A stretch of 64,000 nucleotides of DNA, from positions 178,600 to 242,599 of the forward strand of contig CAVZQC010000005.1 of the NCBI GenBank assembly GCA_963777315.1. The letters run 5' to 3'. The notes beneath the pieces are model-generated. The model saw only the letters and a list, made by a program, of their open reading frames with translations, searched no databases and was not told the DNA's origin. Both the position numbers and the translations under genes were made by a program. Each line of letters starts with the position of its first letter. Within the stretch, counting starts at the first letter, position 1. This DNA comes from Vulcanimicrobiota bacterium. GTDB taxonomy: Bacteria; Vulcanimicrobiota; Vulcanimicrobiia; Vulcanimicrobiales; Vulcanimicrobiaceae. Below, piece after piece: positions 1 through 8,822 of the stretch.

Positions 1-702
1 TCCCAAATGCATCGCCTCGATGAGTGAAAGACCCAGCGACGTCCACCGGATCGGATGCAGGTAGACGCGCCGGCGCGCAATTTCACCGTGCAGCCGCTCC
101 TGCGGCAAGTTCTCGAATCCGCCGCGCGCGCCCGCGCCCATTCCGAACAATTCGACGGGCACGCACGATTCAAACCGTCCGAGCAGATCCGTTCCGGTTA
201 CGCGCGCACGTCGCTGGGGTTCGTTGATGACCACGGCGCACGAGGCGACTTCGCCCGTATAGCGGTAGCCGGGATCGACGATTCCGTGTTCGACGACGTA
301 CGTGGGTCGATCGCCGCAATCCCAAAACAGATCGTTGAAGTTCGTCACGTGCACGACCGATACGCCCGGCCAGTCGGCAGCGGGATGGCGCATCGCGTTG
401 ATTTGGCCTTGCGGCGCGTTGTGCTCGACGTAAATCGCCGGCACGTCGATTCCGGGACGTAGGCCAAGCCACGTTTGCGCGAGATCGTATTCGTGCGGGC
501 GCTGCAGGATCACGACGTCCGGTTTGAGAGTGCGCGCGTCTTGCGGGCCGATTTCCCGAACGTTTTCCGGCCACTGCCAAGTTTGCGCGCGTCCGCGTCC
601 GTCGGCGCTGCGATCGGGCAGCACGGGTACGGCATAGTCGTGACCGCCGTGAACGAACGCCGTCATCCACGATCCGTGCACGTGCCAGGCGAAGATCTTC
701 AT
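1..702 (-). CDS. Glycosyltransferase family 4 (partial, runs off window start)
   Basis: Not in the ORF track. ATG at 702 overlaps the upstream stop (TGATG). Reads MKIFAWHVHGSWMTAF... and reaches LSLIEAMHLG (GT-B/GT4 motif) at base 1. Confidence 0.85.
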   Translation of the reverse strand, partial: MKIFAWHVHGSWMTAFVHGGHDYAVPVLPDRSADGRGRAQTWQWPENVREIGPQDARTLKPDVVILQRPHEYDLAQTWLGLRPGIDVPAIYVEHNAPQGQINAMRHPAADWPGVSVVHVTNFNDLFWDCGDRPTYVVEHGIVDPGYRYTGEVASCAVVINEPQRRARVTGTDLLGRFESCVPVELFGMGAGARGGFENLPQERLHGEIARRRVYLHPIRWTSLGLSLIEAMHLG

Positions 703-1715
703 CAGGCAACCTCGACGCGCATCGGCGCCAGGCTCTCGAGCGCGCGCAGCACGTCGTCGACCGAAACGCAATCCAAGCACGGCTGGCCTTCTATCGGGCA
801 CGAGCGTGCGCGGCATCCCGCGCAGGGCGCATGCTGATCGCCCAGCAGCACGTGTTCGGTCCGCCACGGACGAAAACGCGCGGCCGGAACCGTCGGCGCA
901 AAAATTGATACCACCGGCGTTCCGACGGCCGAGGCTACGTGCGCGGCCGAAGTATTGCCGCACACGACCGCCGACGCGTCGCGCACGATCGCGGCGAACT
1001 CCACGAACGAGGTTTTTCCGCCTAAGTCCACGGCACGCGCGCCGGCCACGTACGCGGTGAGTGCGGACTCTTGCGCGCTTCCCGTCACCACGACGTTGAT
1101 ACCGCGCCGGCAGAGCGACGCAACCAGCTCTGCATTGCGATCCGGGAACCACGCACGCGCCGTCACGGTCGATCCTGGATGCACGACGACGTACGGCAAG
1201 TGCTGCACGTTGCCGCGTTCGAGCAGACCGATCATTCGCAAGCGCGCATCGTCATCGGCGGGCAAATCGTAGCCCATCGCCCGCACCAGCGAAAGCGCTC
1301 GTTCGACCTCGTGGATGTCGTCGGGCACGCGGTGACGCACGTCGAGCAGCGAGCCCGGATAGTCGACGCCGATCGCGCCGATTCGCGCAACGCCCGCCAT
1401 TCGCAGAAGAAGTGCCAGCGGCAACGGGCTTTGATGAAACGACGTGAGTACGATCGCTTCGTCGAACGTGCGCGTGCGAACGTCCTCGATGAATTCCAGC
1501 GTGCGGGCGAATGAAACCGGCTGCGGGTCCGCATCGATCCATTCGGCTTGCCGAACGAGCGTTTCGCGCACGCCCGGAAGCGCTCGCGCAGCATCGGCGC
1601 CGCGCGGACCGCACAGAAACGTGACATGCGCATCGGCGGCCACTGCGCGCACCGCCGGACCGGTGAGCAGCACGTCGCCGTTGTTGTCCTGGCGAGCCAC
1701 GAGCACGCGTTTCAT
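702..1715 (-). CDS. Glycosyltransferase family 9 (heptosyltransferase-like)
   Basis: MKRVLVARQDNNGDVLL, VHPGS, GNTSAAHVASAVGTP motifs; start coupled to the upstream gene. Confidence 0.85.
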   Translation of the reverse strand: MKRVLVARQDNNGDVLLTGPAVRAVAADAHVTFLCGPRGADAARALPGVRETLVRQAEWIDADPQPVSFARTLEFIEDVRTRTFDEAIVLTSFHQSPLPLALLLRMAGVARIGAIGVDYPGSLLDVRHRVPDDIHEVERALSLVRAMGYDLPADDDARLRMIGLLERGNVQHLPYVVVHPGSTVTARAWFPDRNAELVASLCRRGINVVVTGSAQESALTAYVAGARAVDLGGKTSFVEFAAIVRDASAVVCGNTSAAHVASAVGTPVVSIFAPTVPAARFRPWRTEHVLLGDQHAPCAGCRARSCPIEGQPCLDCVSVDDVLRALESLAPMRVEVA

Positions 1716-2236
1716 GCCGCGGACCGTGCGTTCAGTGCGAGGACGTAATCGACGGCCGACGCGAGATCTGCGCACACGACCGGCGCCGACTCTATCTCTT
1801 GCGCGCGCGTCACCGGCGTGGGCACCAGAACGGCGTGTGCGCCGGCGCACAGCGCTGCTTCGACGTCGCTGCCGATATCGCCGATCACGATGCATTCTCG
1901 CGGTGAAACGCCGAACTCGCGCGCGGCCGCGTGGATCAAACCCGGCGCAGGTTTGCGGCAGCCGCACTGGGCGCGCGGCTCGTGCGGGCAAACGAACCAC
2001 CCGTCGATCGCGCCCACCAGAGCTTCGATGCGGCTGTGCAGGGTGTCGAGCTGGGCGCGCGTGACCGCGCCTTGTGACAGCACGGGCTGATTGGTCACGA
2101 CGCCGATGCGCATGCCGTGCTCGCGCAATCGCCGCACGGCGCTCGCCGCGTGAGGCATCGCGTCCACCGCATCGTCTGCATGTGCGGCGTCCGCAATCAG
2201 CGTGCCGTCGCGATCGAAAAGCACCGCGCGGATCAT
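1712..2236 (-). CDS. HAD-IIIA phosphatase (GmhB-like)
   Basis: FDRDGTL, VVTNQ, CPH...CGCRKPAPG, IGD motifs. Confidence 0.85.
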   Translation of the reverse strand: MIRAVLFDRDGTLIADAAHADDAVDAMPHAASAVRRLREHGMRIGVVTNQPVLSQGAVTRAQLDTLHSRIEALVGAIDGWFVCPHEPRAQCGCRKPAPGLIHAAAREFGVSPRECIVIGDIGSDVEAALCAGAHAVLVPTPVTRAQEIESAPVVCADLASAVDYVLALNARSAA

Positions 2237-3156
2237 TGCGCCGGCTTGCGTAAGAGCGCGGGCATGGCAACCAAACCGCGAATGCGGTGATAGACCGCGG
2301 CAAACGGAATCACGGCGCTCGTGGCCGCAAGCGTGGTGATCTCCTTGGCCGTGCGGGGACCGGGCGCGATGCGTTTCCAGGCAAAATCCGCCGTTAGTCC
2401 CGCCCATGCGGCAAAACACAGCACCGTCGCCAAATGATACGGCCAGCGTCCGCGCGGAGCGTTCGCCCGTTCGCGCCAGTGCGTGCCGTGCAGCGCGCGC
2501 ATCAGCACGTCGTCGGCATTTCCCGCCTGCAGCCGTACGCTGATCCATGCATCCGCCGGGCGTACCGGGTGCTCGGTTTCGCGGCGCCCTTGCGCAATGC
2601 GATAGCCGGCGTCGAAGACGCGTAACGCAAAGTCGGCGTCCTCGCGATACGCACGGCGAAAGCGCTCGTCGAATCCATCGAGGCGCTGAAGAATCGAACG
2701 CGCGTAGATCATGTCCGCCGTAATCCACGCAGAATGTTGCAATCCGCGCACGTTGCGTTCCCAGTCGGTGGGAGCGCGATCCGCCGGCAGCGGCACGCGC
2801 ACGCGACCCTGCGATCCCACTTCGTCGCGATCCAGCGCGGCGATGTCGGCCACCGCCTGCTCGAGCCATCCGGGCTGCACGCGAACGTCGTCGTCGAGAA
2901 ACGCGATCCATGCCGCCGTCGATTCGCGCCATCCCGAATTGCGCGCAGCGGCTGGTCCCATCGCCTTACCGCGCAGGATGCTGATGCGCGAACGAAGCGC
3001 CGCAGGAGCGTCCACCGCGAGCGGCGCTTCGGGATCGCGGCGATCGTCGACCAGAATGATGCGCCCCAAACTCTCGCTGCGCGAATCACCCAGCGATCGC
3101 AGCAGCTCGCGCAGCGACGCGCGTCCGATCGTCGGGACCACCACGTCAAACCGCAC
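2233..3156 (-). CDS. Glycosyltransferase family 2
   Basis: VVVPTIGR, GPAAARNSG, FLDDD, REDAD; GTG start overlaps the carbamoyltransferase end. Confidence 0.85.
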   Translation of the reverse strand: MRFDVVVPTIGRASLRELLRSLGDSRSESLGRIILVDDRRDPEAPLAVDAPAALRSRISILRGKAMGPAAARNSGWRESTAAWIAFLDDDVRVQPGWLEQAVADIAALDRDEVGSQGRVRVPLPADRAPTDWERNVRGLQHSAWITADMIYARSILQRLDGFDERFRRAYREDADFALRVFDAGYRIAQGRRETEHPVRPADAWISVRLQAGNADDVLMRALHGTHWRERANAPRGRWPYHLATVLCFAAWAGLTADFAWKRIAPGPRTAKEITTLAATSAVIPFAAVYHRIRGLVAMPALLRKPAQ

Positions 3157-4819
3157 CGCTGACCTCGCGTGGCTGCGAGCCGGATTGAAAGACGCCGCTG
3201 CGGCGCAGCAGAAACGGACCGATCGCCAGCGCGTCCACGGGCGCGGAGCCAAAGCACTCCAGAGCGTCGCGCGGATCGTCGACCATCGGCCGCCCTGCGG
3301 TATTGAAGCTGGTGTTGATGACGACCGGGGTTCCGGTCAGTCGATCGAACTCACGCAGCATTCGCGCAACCAGCGGTTCGTCGCCGGCGTCGACGGTCTG
3401 CACGCGCGCGGTTCCATCGACGTGCACGGCGGCCGCGATAGCATCCCGCCACTGCGGCTTGACGCGATGCGTGAAGAGCATGTACGGGCTGGGCAGTTGC
3501 CCTTCGAAAATTTCGGATGCGCGCTCCTGCAGCACCATCGGAGCGAGCGGACGAAATTGCTCGCGACCTTTAATCGAGTTGAGCCGTTCCAGGTTTTGCG
3601 GATACTTGGGATTGGCCAGCAGGCTGCGATGCCCAAGAGCTCGCGGCCCGAACTCGCTGCGTCCCTGGAACCAGCCGACTACGCCGTCGTCCGCGAGGAT
3701 TCGCGCAACGGACTGCGCGATGTCGGGCGGCCGTTCGTACTCGATGTGCGCGCCGTCGAGTCGGCGCGCGAGCTGATCTTCATTCCACTCGCGACCCAGC
3801 GCCGCCGTCGTCATCGGCTGCGTGCGATCGCCGTTTTGATGAGCTGCGAACAACGCCGCGCCCAGCGACGTGCCGGCATCGCCGGCGGCGGGCTGAACCC
3901 AAATGCGTTCGAATGGGCCTTCCCGCGCGAGTCGCGCGTTGGCCACGCAGTTGAGCGCGACGCCGCCGGCCATGGCCAGATGCCGGTCCCCGGTCTTCGC
4001 GTGCAAACCGCGCGCCAGCTCCAGGAGCACTTCTTCCAAACGCGCCTGCACGCTCGCGGCCAGATCGGCGTGTGCCCCGATGAACTCGCCGTCATCGCAA
4101 CGCTTTGGCGCAAAACGAGTGAAATCGACCGGATCCGTGTCGAAACCGCCGTCTTCGCGCACCCGGATCGCACGGCGGAACCCGTCCAGAAACGCGGGCT
4201 TGCCGTAACCGGCCAGCCCCATGACCTTGTACTCGTCGCTGGAACGGTGAAAGCCCAGATGCATGGTGAGCTCTTCGTATAAGAGGCCTAACGAACTGGG
4301 CAACGGCTGAACGGCGAGCGTTTGCAAGTCGCCGTCGCGCACCGTGCCGGAAAGATATGACGCGCGTTCGCCCCGGCCATCCGCAACGATAACGGCGCAG
4401 TCGCCCAGCGGTCCGCCCAGATACGCCGAGGCGGCGTGCGCGACGTGATGCGCGACGTACTCCACGCGTGCTCGCTCGATGCCGGGTATCGCCGCCTGCA
4501 GAAATCGCGGCAGCCGCTGCGCGTAGAGCGTGCGCAAAGGCTCCCAATCGCTGCGCGTAACGTCGGCATCGCCGGCAGCTGCAAGCGAGGGATCGTACGA
4601 GTATGCTACGACGTCGACGTCCGAGGGCTGCAGACCGGCGTGTGCCAAACACCACCGCGCGCTGAGAACCGGAAGTTCCCACGTGCTGAACGGCACGCAA
4701 TCTTTGCCGTGCTTGCGGCGGTTGAAGCGTTCTTCTTCGGCCGCGGCGACGATGGTGCCGTCGACAACAAGCGCAGCGGACGAATCATGGAAGACGGCGT
4801 TAATTCCCAGTACGATCAT
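3146..4819 (-). CDS. Carbamoyltransferase, NodU/CmcH family
   Basis: HDSSAAL, EEERFNR, HHVAHAASAY, DGRGE, EYKVMGLA, GPRALGHRS, NTSFN. Confidence 0.93.
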   Translation of the reverse strand: MIVLGINAVFHDSSAALVVDGTIVAAAEEERFNRRKHGKDCVPFSTWELPVLSARWCLAHAGLQPSDVDVVAYSYDPSLAAAGDADVTRSDWEPLRTLYAQRLPRFLQAAIPGIERARVEYVAHHVAHAASAYLGGPLGDCAVIVADGRGERASYLSGTVRDGDLQTLAVQPLPSSLGLLYEELTMHLGFHRSSDEYKVMGLAGYGKPAFLDGFRRAIRVREDGGFDTDPVDFTRFAPKRCDDGEFIGAHADLAASVQARLEEVLLELARGLHAKTGDRHLAMAGGVALNCVANARLAREGPFERIWVQPAAGDAGTSLGAALFAAHQNGDRTQPMTTAALGREWNEDQLARRLDGAHIEYERPPDIAQSVARILADDGVVGWFQGRSEFGPRALGHRSLLANPKYPQNLERLNSIKGREQFRPLAPMVLQERASEIFEGQLPSPYMLFTHRVKPQWRDAIAAAVHVDGTARVQTVDAGDEPLVARMLREFDRLTGTPVVINTSFNTAGRPMVDDPRDALECFGSAPVDALAIGPFLLRRSGVFQSGSQPREVSGAV

Positions 4820-4957
4820 CGCTTCGTTGCCCCACTGACAACCGACTTTTTTTTGCGTGTGTGCTGCGTGCGCTGCGAACGTGCGCCTATTGTTTCCGAG
4901 AAGAGATAACTTAAACGCTCAGGTTAAAAGGGGGCACTTCATGGTAAAGAGCCGTGC

Positions 4958-6277
4958 ATGCACCGTGCGGCGATATTCGGATGCGGTTACGTCGGTCTGG
5001 TAACGGGCGCGTGTTTTGCCAAGCTGGGACATCACGTTGTCTGCTGCGATACAGACTCTACGAAGATTCGATCGCTGCAGCACGGTGACGTACCGTTGTA
5101 CGAACCGGGATTGCGCGAACTGATCGCGGCACAGCACTCGGCGGCCCGGCTGCAATTCACCGATCGCCCCGCCGAAGCTATGGCGAGCGCAGCCGTTGCG
5201 TTCATTGCCGTGGGGACGCCCACCGGGCCGACCGGCGATGCGGATCTCACGTACGTGCGCCAAGCCGCCCGCGACATCGCCGCATATGCCGGCGGTCCGA
5301 CTATCGTCGTGAACAAATCGACCGTTCCGGTAGAAACCGCGGACATGGTCGAACGCATCGTTACGGCGCACGCGCCTTCCGATTACCGCTTCAGCGTCGC
5401 GTCCAATCCGGAATTTTTACGCGAGGGCAGCGCCATCGAGGACTTCATGCATCCCGACCGCATCGTCGTCGGTTCGCAGGATGAGCACGCAATCGCCGTG
5501 CTGCGCGAGATGTACGCGCCGCTGGGCGCGCCCATGCACGTTGTCGACGTGCATACGGCCGAGATGGTAAAATACGCTGCCAACGCTTTTCTTGCGACCA
5601 AGGTTTCTTTCATCAACGAGATCGCCAATCTGTGCGCCGCGGTCGACGCCGACATCGACGGCGTCATTGCGGGCATCGGCGCCGACGCGCGCATCGGCCC
5701 CGCCTATCTACAGCCGGGATTGGGCTTCGGCGGATCGTGCTTGCCCAAGGACGTCGCGGCCCTAGCCGGCGTCGCGCGCGCCCACGCGATCGAACCGACG
5801 ATGCTCGAAGCGACGCTCAACGTCAACCGGCGGCAAGTCTCGCGCGCGGTTCGGCTGATCGAAGACGCGGTGGGAGATGTGTTCGGCCAAGCCATAGCGG
5901 TTGCCGGGTTGGCGTTTAAGGGCGGCACCGACGACGTCCGGGAATCGCCCGGCATCGTGCTGGTGCAAGCGCTGCTGTCGGCGGGCGCGAACGTTTGCGT
6001 GCTCGACCGCTTCGCCACGGAGCACGCCCGCGCAGTCTTGCGCGATCGCGTAAGCTATGCGGGCTCCGTAAATGAATTGTGCGCGGGAGCCGGCGCCCTG
6101 GTGATTGCAAGCGACGATCCTTCGTACGAACGGCTGAATTGGGAGAGCGTTGCGGCCGCGCTTGCCGATCCCAACGTCATCGATCTTCGCAACATCCTCG
6201 ACCCTGATGCCGTGCGGCGCGCAGGACTGCGCTACGTCGCCGTGGGCCGGGGGCGCCGCGCAGTGCTCGCGCGATGA
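4958..6277 (+). CDS. ugd: UDP-glucose/GDP-mannose dehydrogenase
   Basis: GCGYVG, KSTVP, NPEFLREG, GFGGSCLPKD. Confidence 0.9.
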   Translation: MHRAAIFGCGYVGLVTGACFAKLGHHVVCCDTDSTKIRSLQHGDVPLYEPGLRELIAAQHSAARLQFTDRPAEAMASAAVAFIAVGTPTGPTGDADLTYVRQAARDIAAYAGGPTIVVNKSTVPVETADMVERIVTAHAPSDYRFSVASNPEFLREGSAIEDFMHPDRIVVGSQDEHAIAVLREMYAPLGAPMHVVDVHTAEMVKYAANAFLATKVSFINEIANLCAAVDADIDGVIAGIGADARIGPAYLQPGLGFGGSCLPKDVAALAGVARAHAIEPTMLEATLNVNRRQVSRAVRLIEDAVGDVFGQAIAVAGLAFKGGTDDVRESPGIVLVQALLSAGANVCVLDRFATEHARAVLRDRVSYAGSVNELCAGAGALVIASDDPSYERLNWESVAAALADPNVIDLRNILDPDAVRRAGLRYVAVGRGRRAVLAR

Positions 6278-7239
6278 ACGTGCTCATTACCGGCGTCGCC
6301 GGTTTTTTGGGATCGCACTTGGCGGACGCGTATCTGCAGCGAGGCGACAACGTCGTGGGTGTGGATGACTTGTCGACGTCCACCGGCGAGAACATCGCGC
6401 ATCTGCAGCCCGAACCGCGCTTTGATTTCATCCAAGCCGACTTGTGCGAAGGCATTACCCGGATCGAACGTCCGCCCGATCTGATCTTGCACTTCGCATC
6501 ACCCGCCAGCCCGCAGGATTATGCGCGCGCTCCGATAGCAACGCTCAACGTCAACGGCTCGGGCACCGAGCGCTGCTGCAAGTTGGCGCTGGCGAACGGC
6601 GCGCGGCTGATATACGCCTCGACCTCCGAAGTGTACGGCGATCCGCTGGTGCATCCACAACCCGAACGCTACCGCGGCAACGTCAATTCACTTGGTCCGC
6701 GTTCGTGCTACGACGAGGGCAAGCGTTTCGGCGAAGCGATGATTGCGGCGTACCGCCGCACGCACGGCTTGGATGCGCGCATCGCGCGCATCTTCAATAC
6801 GTATGGTCCTCGCATGCGCGCCGGCGATGGCCGGGTGGTGCCGGCCTTCATTAAACAGGCGTTGGAGGGAACGCCGCTGACCGTCTTCGGCGACGGCACG
6901 CAAACGCGCTCGCTGTGTTTCGTCGACGATCTCGTCGAGGGCATCACTGCCTTGGCAGCGTTGGAACGTCCGGCCCACGAGGTCGTGAATCTGGGTTCGG
7001 AGTTCGAAGTTGACGTAAACGAAATCGCGCGCACGATAGCGCGGCTATGCGGGGTAACGCTCACCGTGGAGCAGTGCCCTCTGCCGCCCGACGATCCGGT
7101 GCGGCGCCGTCCGGACCTTGCGCGCGCTCGCGCGATGCTGGGCTGGGAACCGCAGACGCCGTTGGAAACCGGCATGCGCAAAACGATCGAGTGGTTTCGC
7201 GCGCAGCATGCTTTTGAAAAGGAGACCGTCGGATCATGA
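6274..7239 (+). CDS. NAD-dependent epimerase / UDP-glucuronate decarboxylase-like
   Basis: TGVAGFLGSH, STSEVYG, YDEGKR, RIFNTYGPRM. Confidence 0.88.
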   Translation: MNVLITGVAGFLGSHLADAYLQRGDNVVGVDDLSTSTGENIAHLQPEPRFDFIQADLCEGITRIERPPDLILHFASPASPQDYARAPIATLNVNGSGTERCCKLALANGARLIYASTSEVYGDPLVHPQPERYRGNVNSLGPRSCYDEGKRFGEAMIAAYRRTHGLDARIARIFNTYGPRMRAGDGRVVPAFIKQALEGTPLTVFGDGTQTRSLCFVDDLVEGITALAALERPAHEVVNLGSEFEVDVNEIARTIARLCGVTLTVEQCPLPPDDPVRRRPDLARARAMLGWEPQTPLETGMRKTIEWFRAQHAFEKETVGS

Positions 7240-7964
7240 CCGCGACTACGGGATATACGCAAACCTCTGCGGCCGCGCGCGCGCTGCACGGGACGTTCAT
7301 CGTCACCGGAGCTGCGTCGGGGCTCGGATTGGCCATCGCACAGGCGATTGGAGCCGCGGGCGCAAGCGCCGTCGGCTTTGACGTCAACGCGCCTTCGGGC
7401 GATTTCGAGCACGAGATCGTCGACGTTTCCGACACGTCGATAGTGGAAGCGAAAGTTCGCGAAGTTGCGCGGCGACACGGTGGGCTTAGCGGTGTGGTTG
7501 CGAACGCAGGCATCGACGCGTGCGGGCGTTTCCAGGACGTGTCCGCCGGCGCGTGGGAGCGCGTGATCAAAGTCAACTTGATGGGCACTGCGGCAGTCGT
7601 GCGCGCCGCATTGCCGCATCTGATCGAAAGTCACGGGCGCGTCGTCACGGTAGCATCCACTTTGGGCCTGCGCGCGGTGAGCGACGCGACCGCGTACTGC
7701 GCGAGCAAATTCGGTGTGGTTGGATTCACCCGAGCCCTCGCAACCGAACTGGCGGGTCAAGTCGGGGTGACGCTGCTGATTCCCGGCGGCATGCACACGC
7801 ATTTCTTCGATGACCGCGACGAAAAATACAAGCCCGGTGCGGACGCCCGGCTCAATCGCCCGGAAGACGTAGCGCAAGCAGCGGTTTTCGCACTTGCCCA
7901 GCCGCCGGGCTGCGAAGTGCGCGAGATGCTGATCTGTCCGTCGATGGAGACGTCCTGGCCTTAA
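7236..7964 (+). CDS. SDR oxidoreductase
   Basis: TGAASGLG, NAG, YCASK. Confidence 0.88.
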   Translation: MTATTGYTQTSAAARALHGTFIVTGAASGLGLAIAQAIGAAGASAVGFDVNAPSGDFEHEIVDVSDTSIVEAKVREVARRHGGLSGVVANAGIDACGRFQDVSAGAWERVIKVNLMGTAAVVRAALPHLIESHGRVVTVASTLGLRAVSDATAYCASKFGVVGFTRALATELAGQVGVTLLIPGGMHTHFFDDRDEKYKPGADARLNRPEDVAQAAVFALAQPPGCEVREMLICPSMETSWP

Positions 7965-8015
7965 GCGTTCCCGGACTTTCGCTCCAAAACAACGCATTTT
8001 CAGCCCTATATACCC

Positions 8016-8044
8016 TTGACGGAATATGCCTTATGGGGGATAAT
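8016..8044 (+). promoter_or_regulatory. Sigma70-type promoter of the TA operon
   Basis: TTGACG (8016-8021), 17-bp spacer, GATAAT (8039-8044), ending 5 nt before the GTG at 8050. Confidence 0.65.
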
Positions 8045-8049
8045 ACGTT

Positions 8050-8412
8050 GTGGCATGGGAAGTCGAATTTACGGACGAGTTCAAGGAGTGGTGGGACGAT
8101 ATCGATGGCGGCGCTCAAGCAGACATCGATGCATGCGTTCGGCTCCTAGCGGAGGTGGGACCGGCGTTAGGACGGCCTCACGTCGATACTGTAAGCGGCT
8201 CGGCCCACGCCAACATGAAGGAGCTCAGAGTCCAGAGCAATGCGCGGCCGTTTCGGATATTTTTTGCCTTCGATCCACGCAGAACTGGCATTTTATTAAT
8301 CGGCGGCGACAAGACTGGCAAAAAGCGATTCTACGAAGAGATGATTTTAATCGCTGACCATCTCTACGATGAGCACCTTGAAGAAATTGGAGACGAAGGC
8401 GCAAATGAGTAA
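8050..8412 (+). CDS. RelE/ParE (HigB/Gp49-like) toxin
   Basis: GPALGRPHVDT, MKELR, RIFFAFDPRR, LLIGGDK; toxin-first gene order. Confidence 0.88.
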   Translation: MAWEVEFTDEFKEWWDDIDGGAQADIDACVRLLAEVGPALGRPHVDTVSGSAHANMKELRVQSNARPFRIFFAFDPRRTGILLIGGDKTGKKRFYEEMILIADHLYDEHLEEIGDEGANE

Positions 8413-8746
8413 GAGTTACTCAGTACTCCACGAGAAATTGACGCCGGAACAGCGTAAACGCAGTGACGCGCGACTTGAGCACTTGCGTAATCAAGTCCGG
8501 CTTCAGGAACTACGCGTTGCGCGGGCGCAGACGCAGGAAACGATCGCCGGTGTCATGCGCATTCCTCAGTCGTCTGTTTCTAAAATTGAACAGCGCACCG
8601 ACGTCTATGTCAGCACGATTCGCCGTTACCTTGAAGCGGTTGGCGGCAAACTTCAAATTATCGCGCAGTTTCCGGACGGAGAGACCTTTGAGATTACGCA
8701 GTTCCATGAGATTGGCGAACCTGAACAGGAACTCGTGGACGCGTAA
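8405..8746 (+). CDS. XRE-family HTH antitoxin (HigA-like)
   Basis: LQELR...TQETIA...QSSVSKIEQRTDVYVSTIRRYLEAVGG; overlaps the toxin stop. Confidence 0.88.
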   Translation: MSKSYSVLHEKLTPEQRKRSDARLEHLRNQVRLQELRVARAQTQETIAGVMRIPQSSVSKIEQRTDVYVSTIRRYLEAVGGKLQIIAQFPDGETFEITQFHEIGEPEQELVDA

Positions 8747-8788
8747 ATCCTTCAGTGGGATTTTACTAAGATCTTCGGCTTGGAAACA

Positions 8789-8816
8789 TGGTGGCCCCAG
8801 CGCGGATTCGAGCCCC
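8789..8816 (-). other. tRNA 3'-end fragment (att-like scar)
   Basis: Minus strand reads ...TCGAATCCGCGCTGGGGCCACCA (T-loop, acceptor 3' strand, CCA); no 5' half present. Confidence 0.55.
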
Positions 8817-8822
8817 GAAGCC

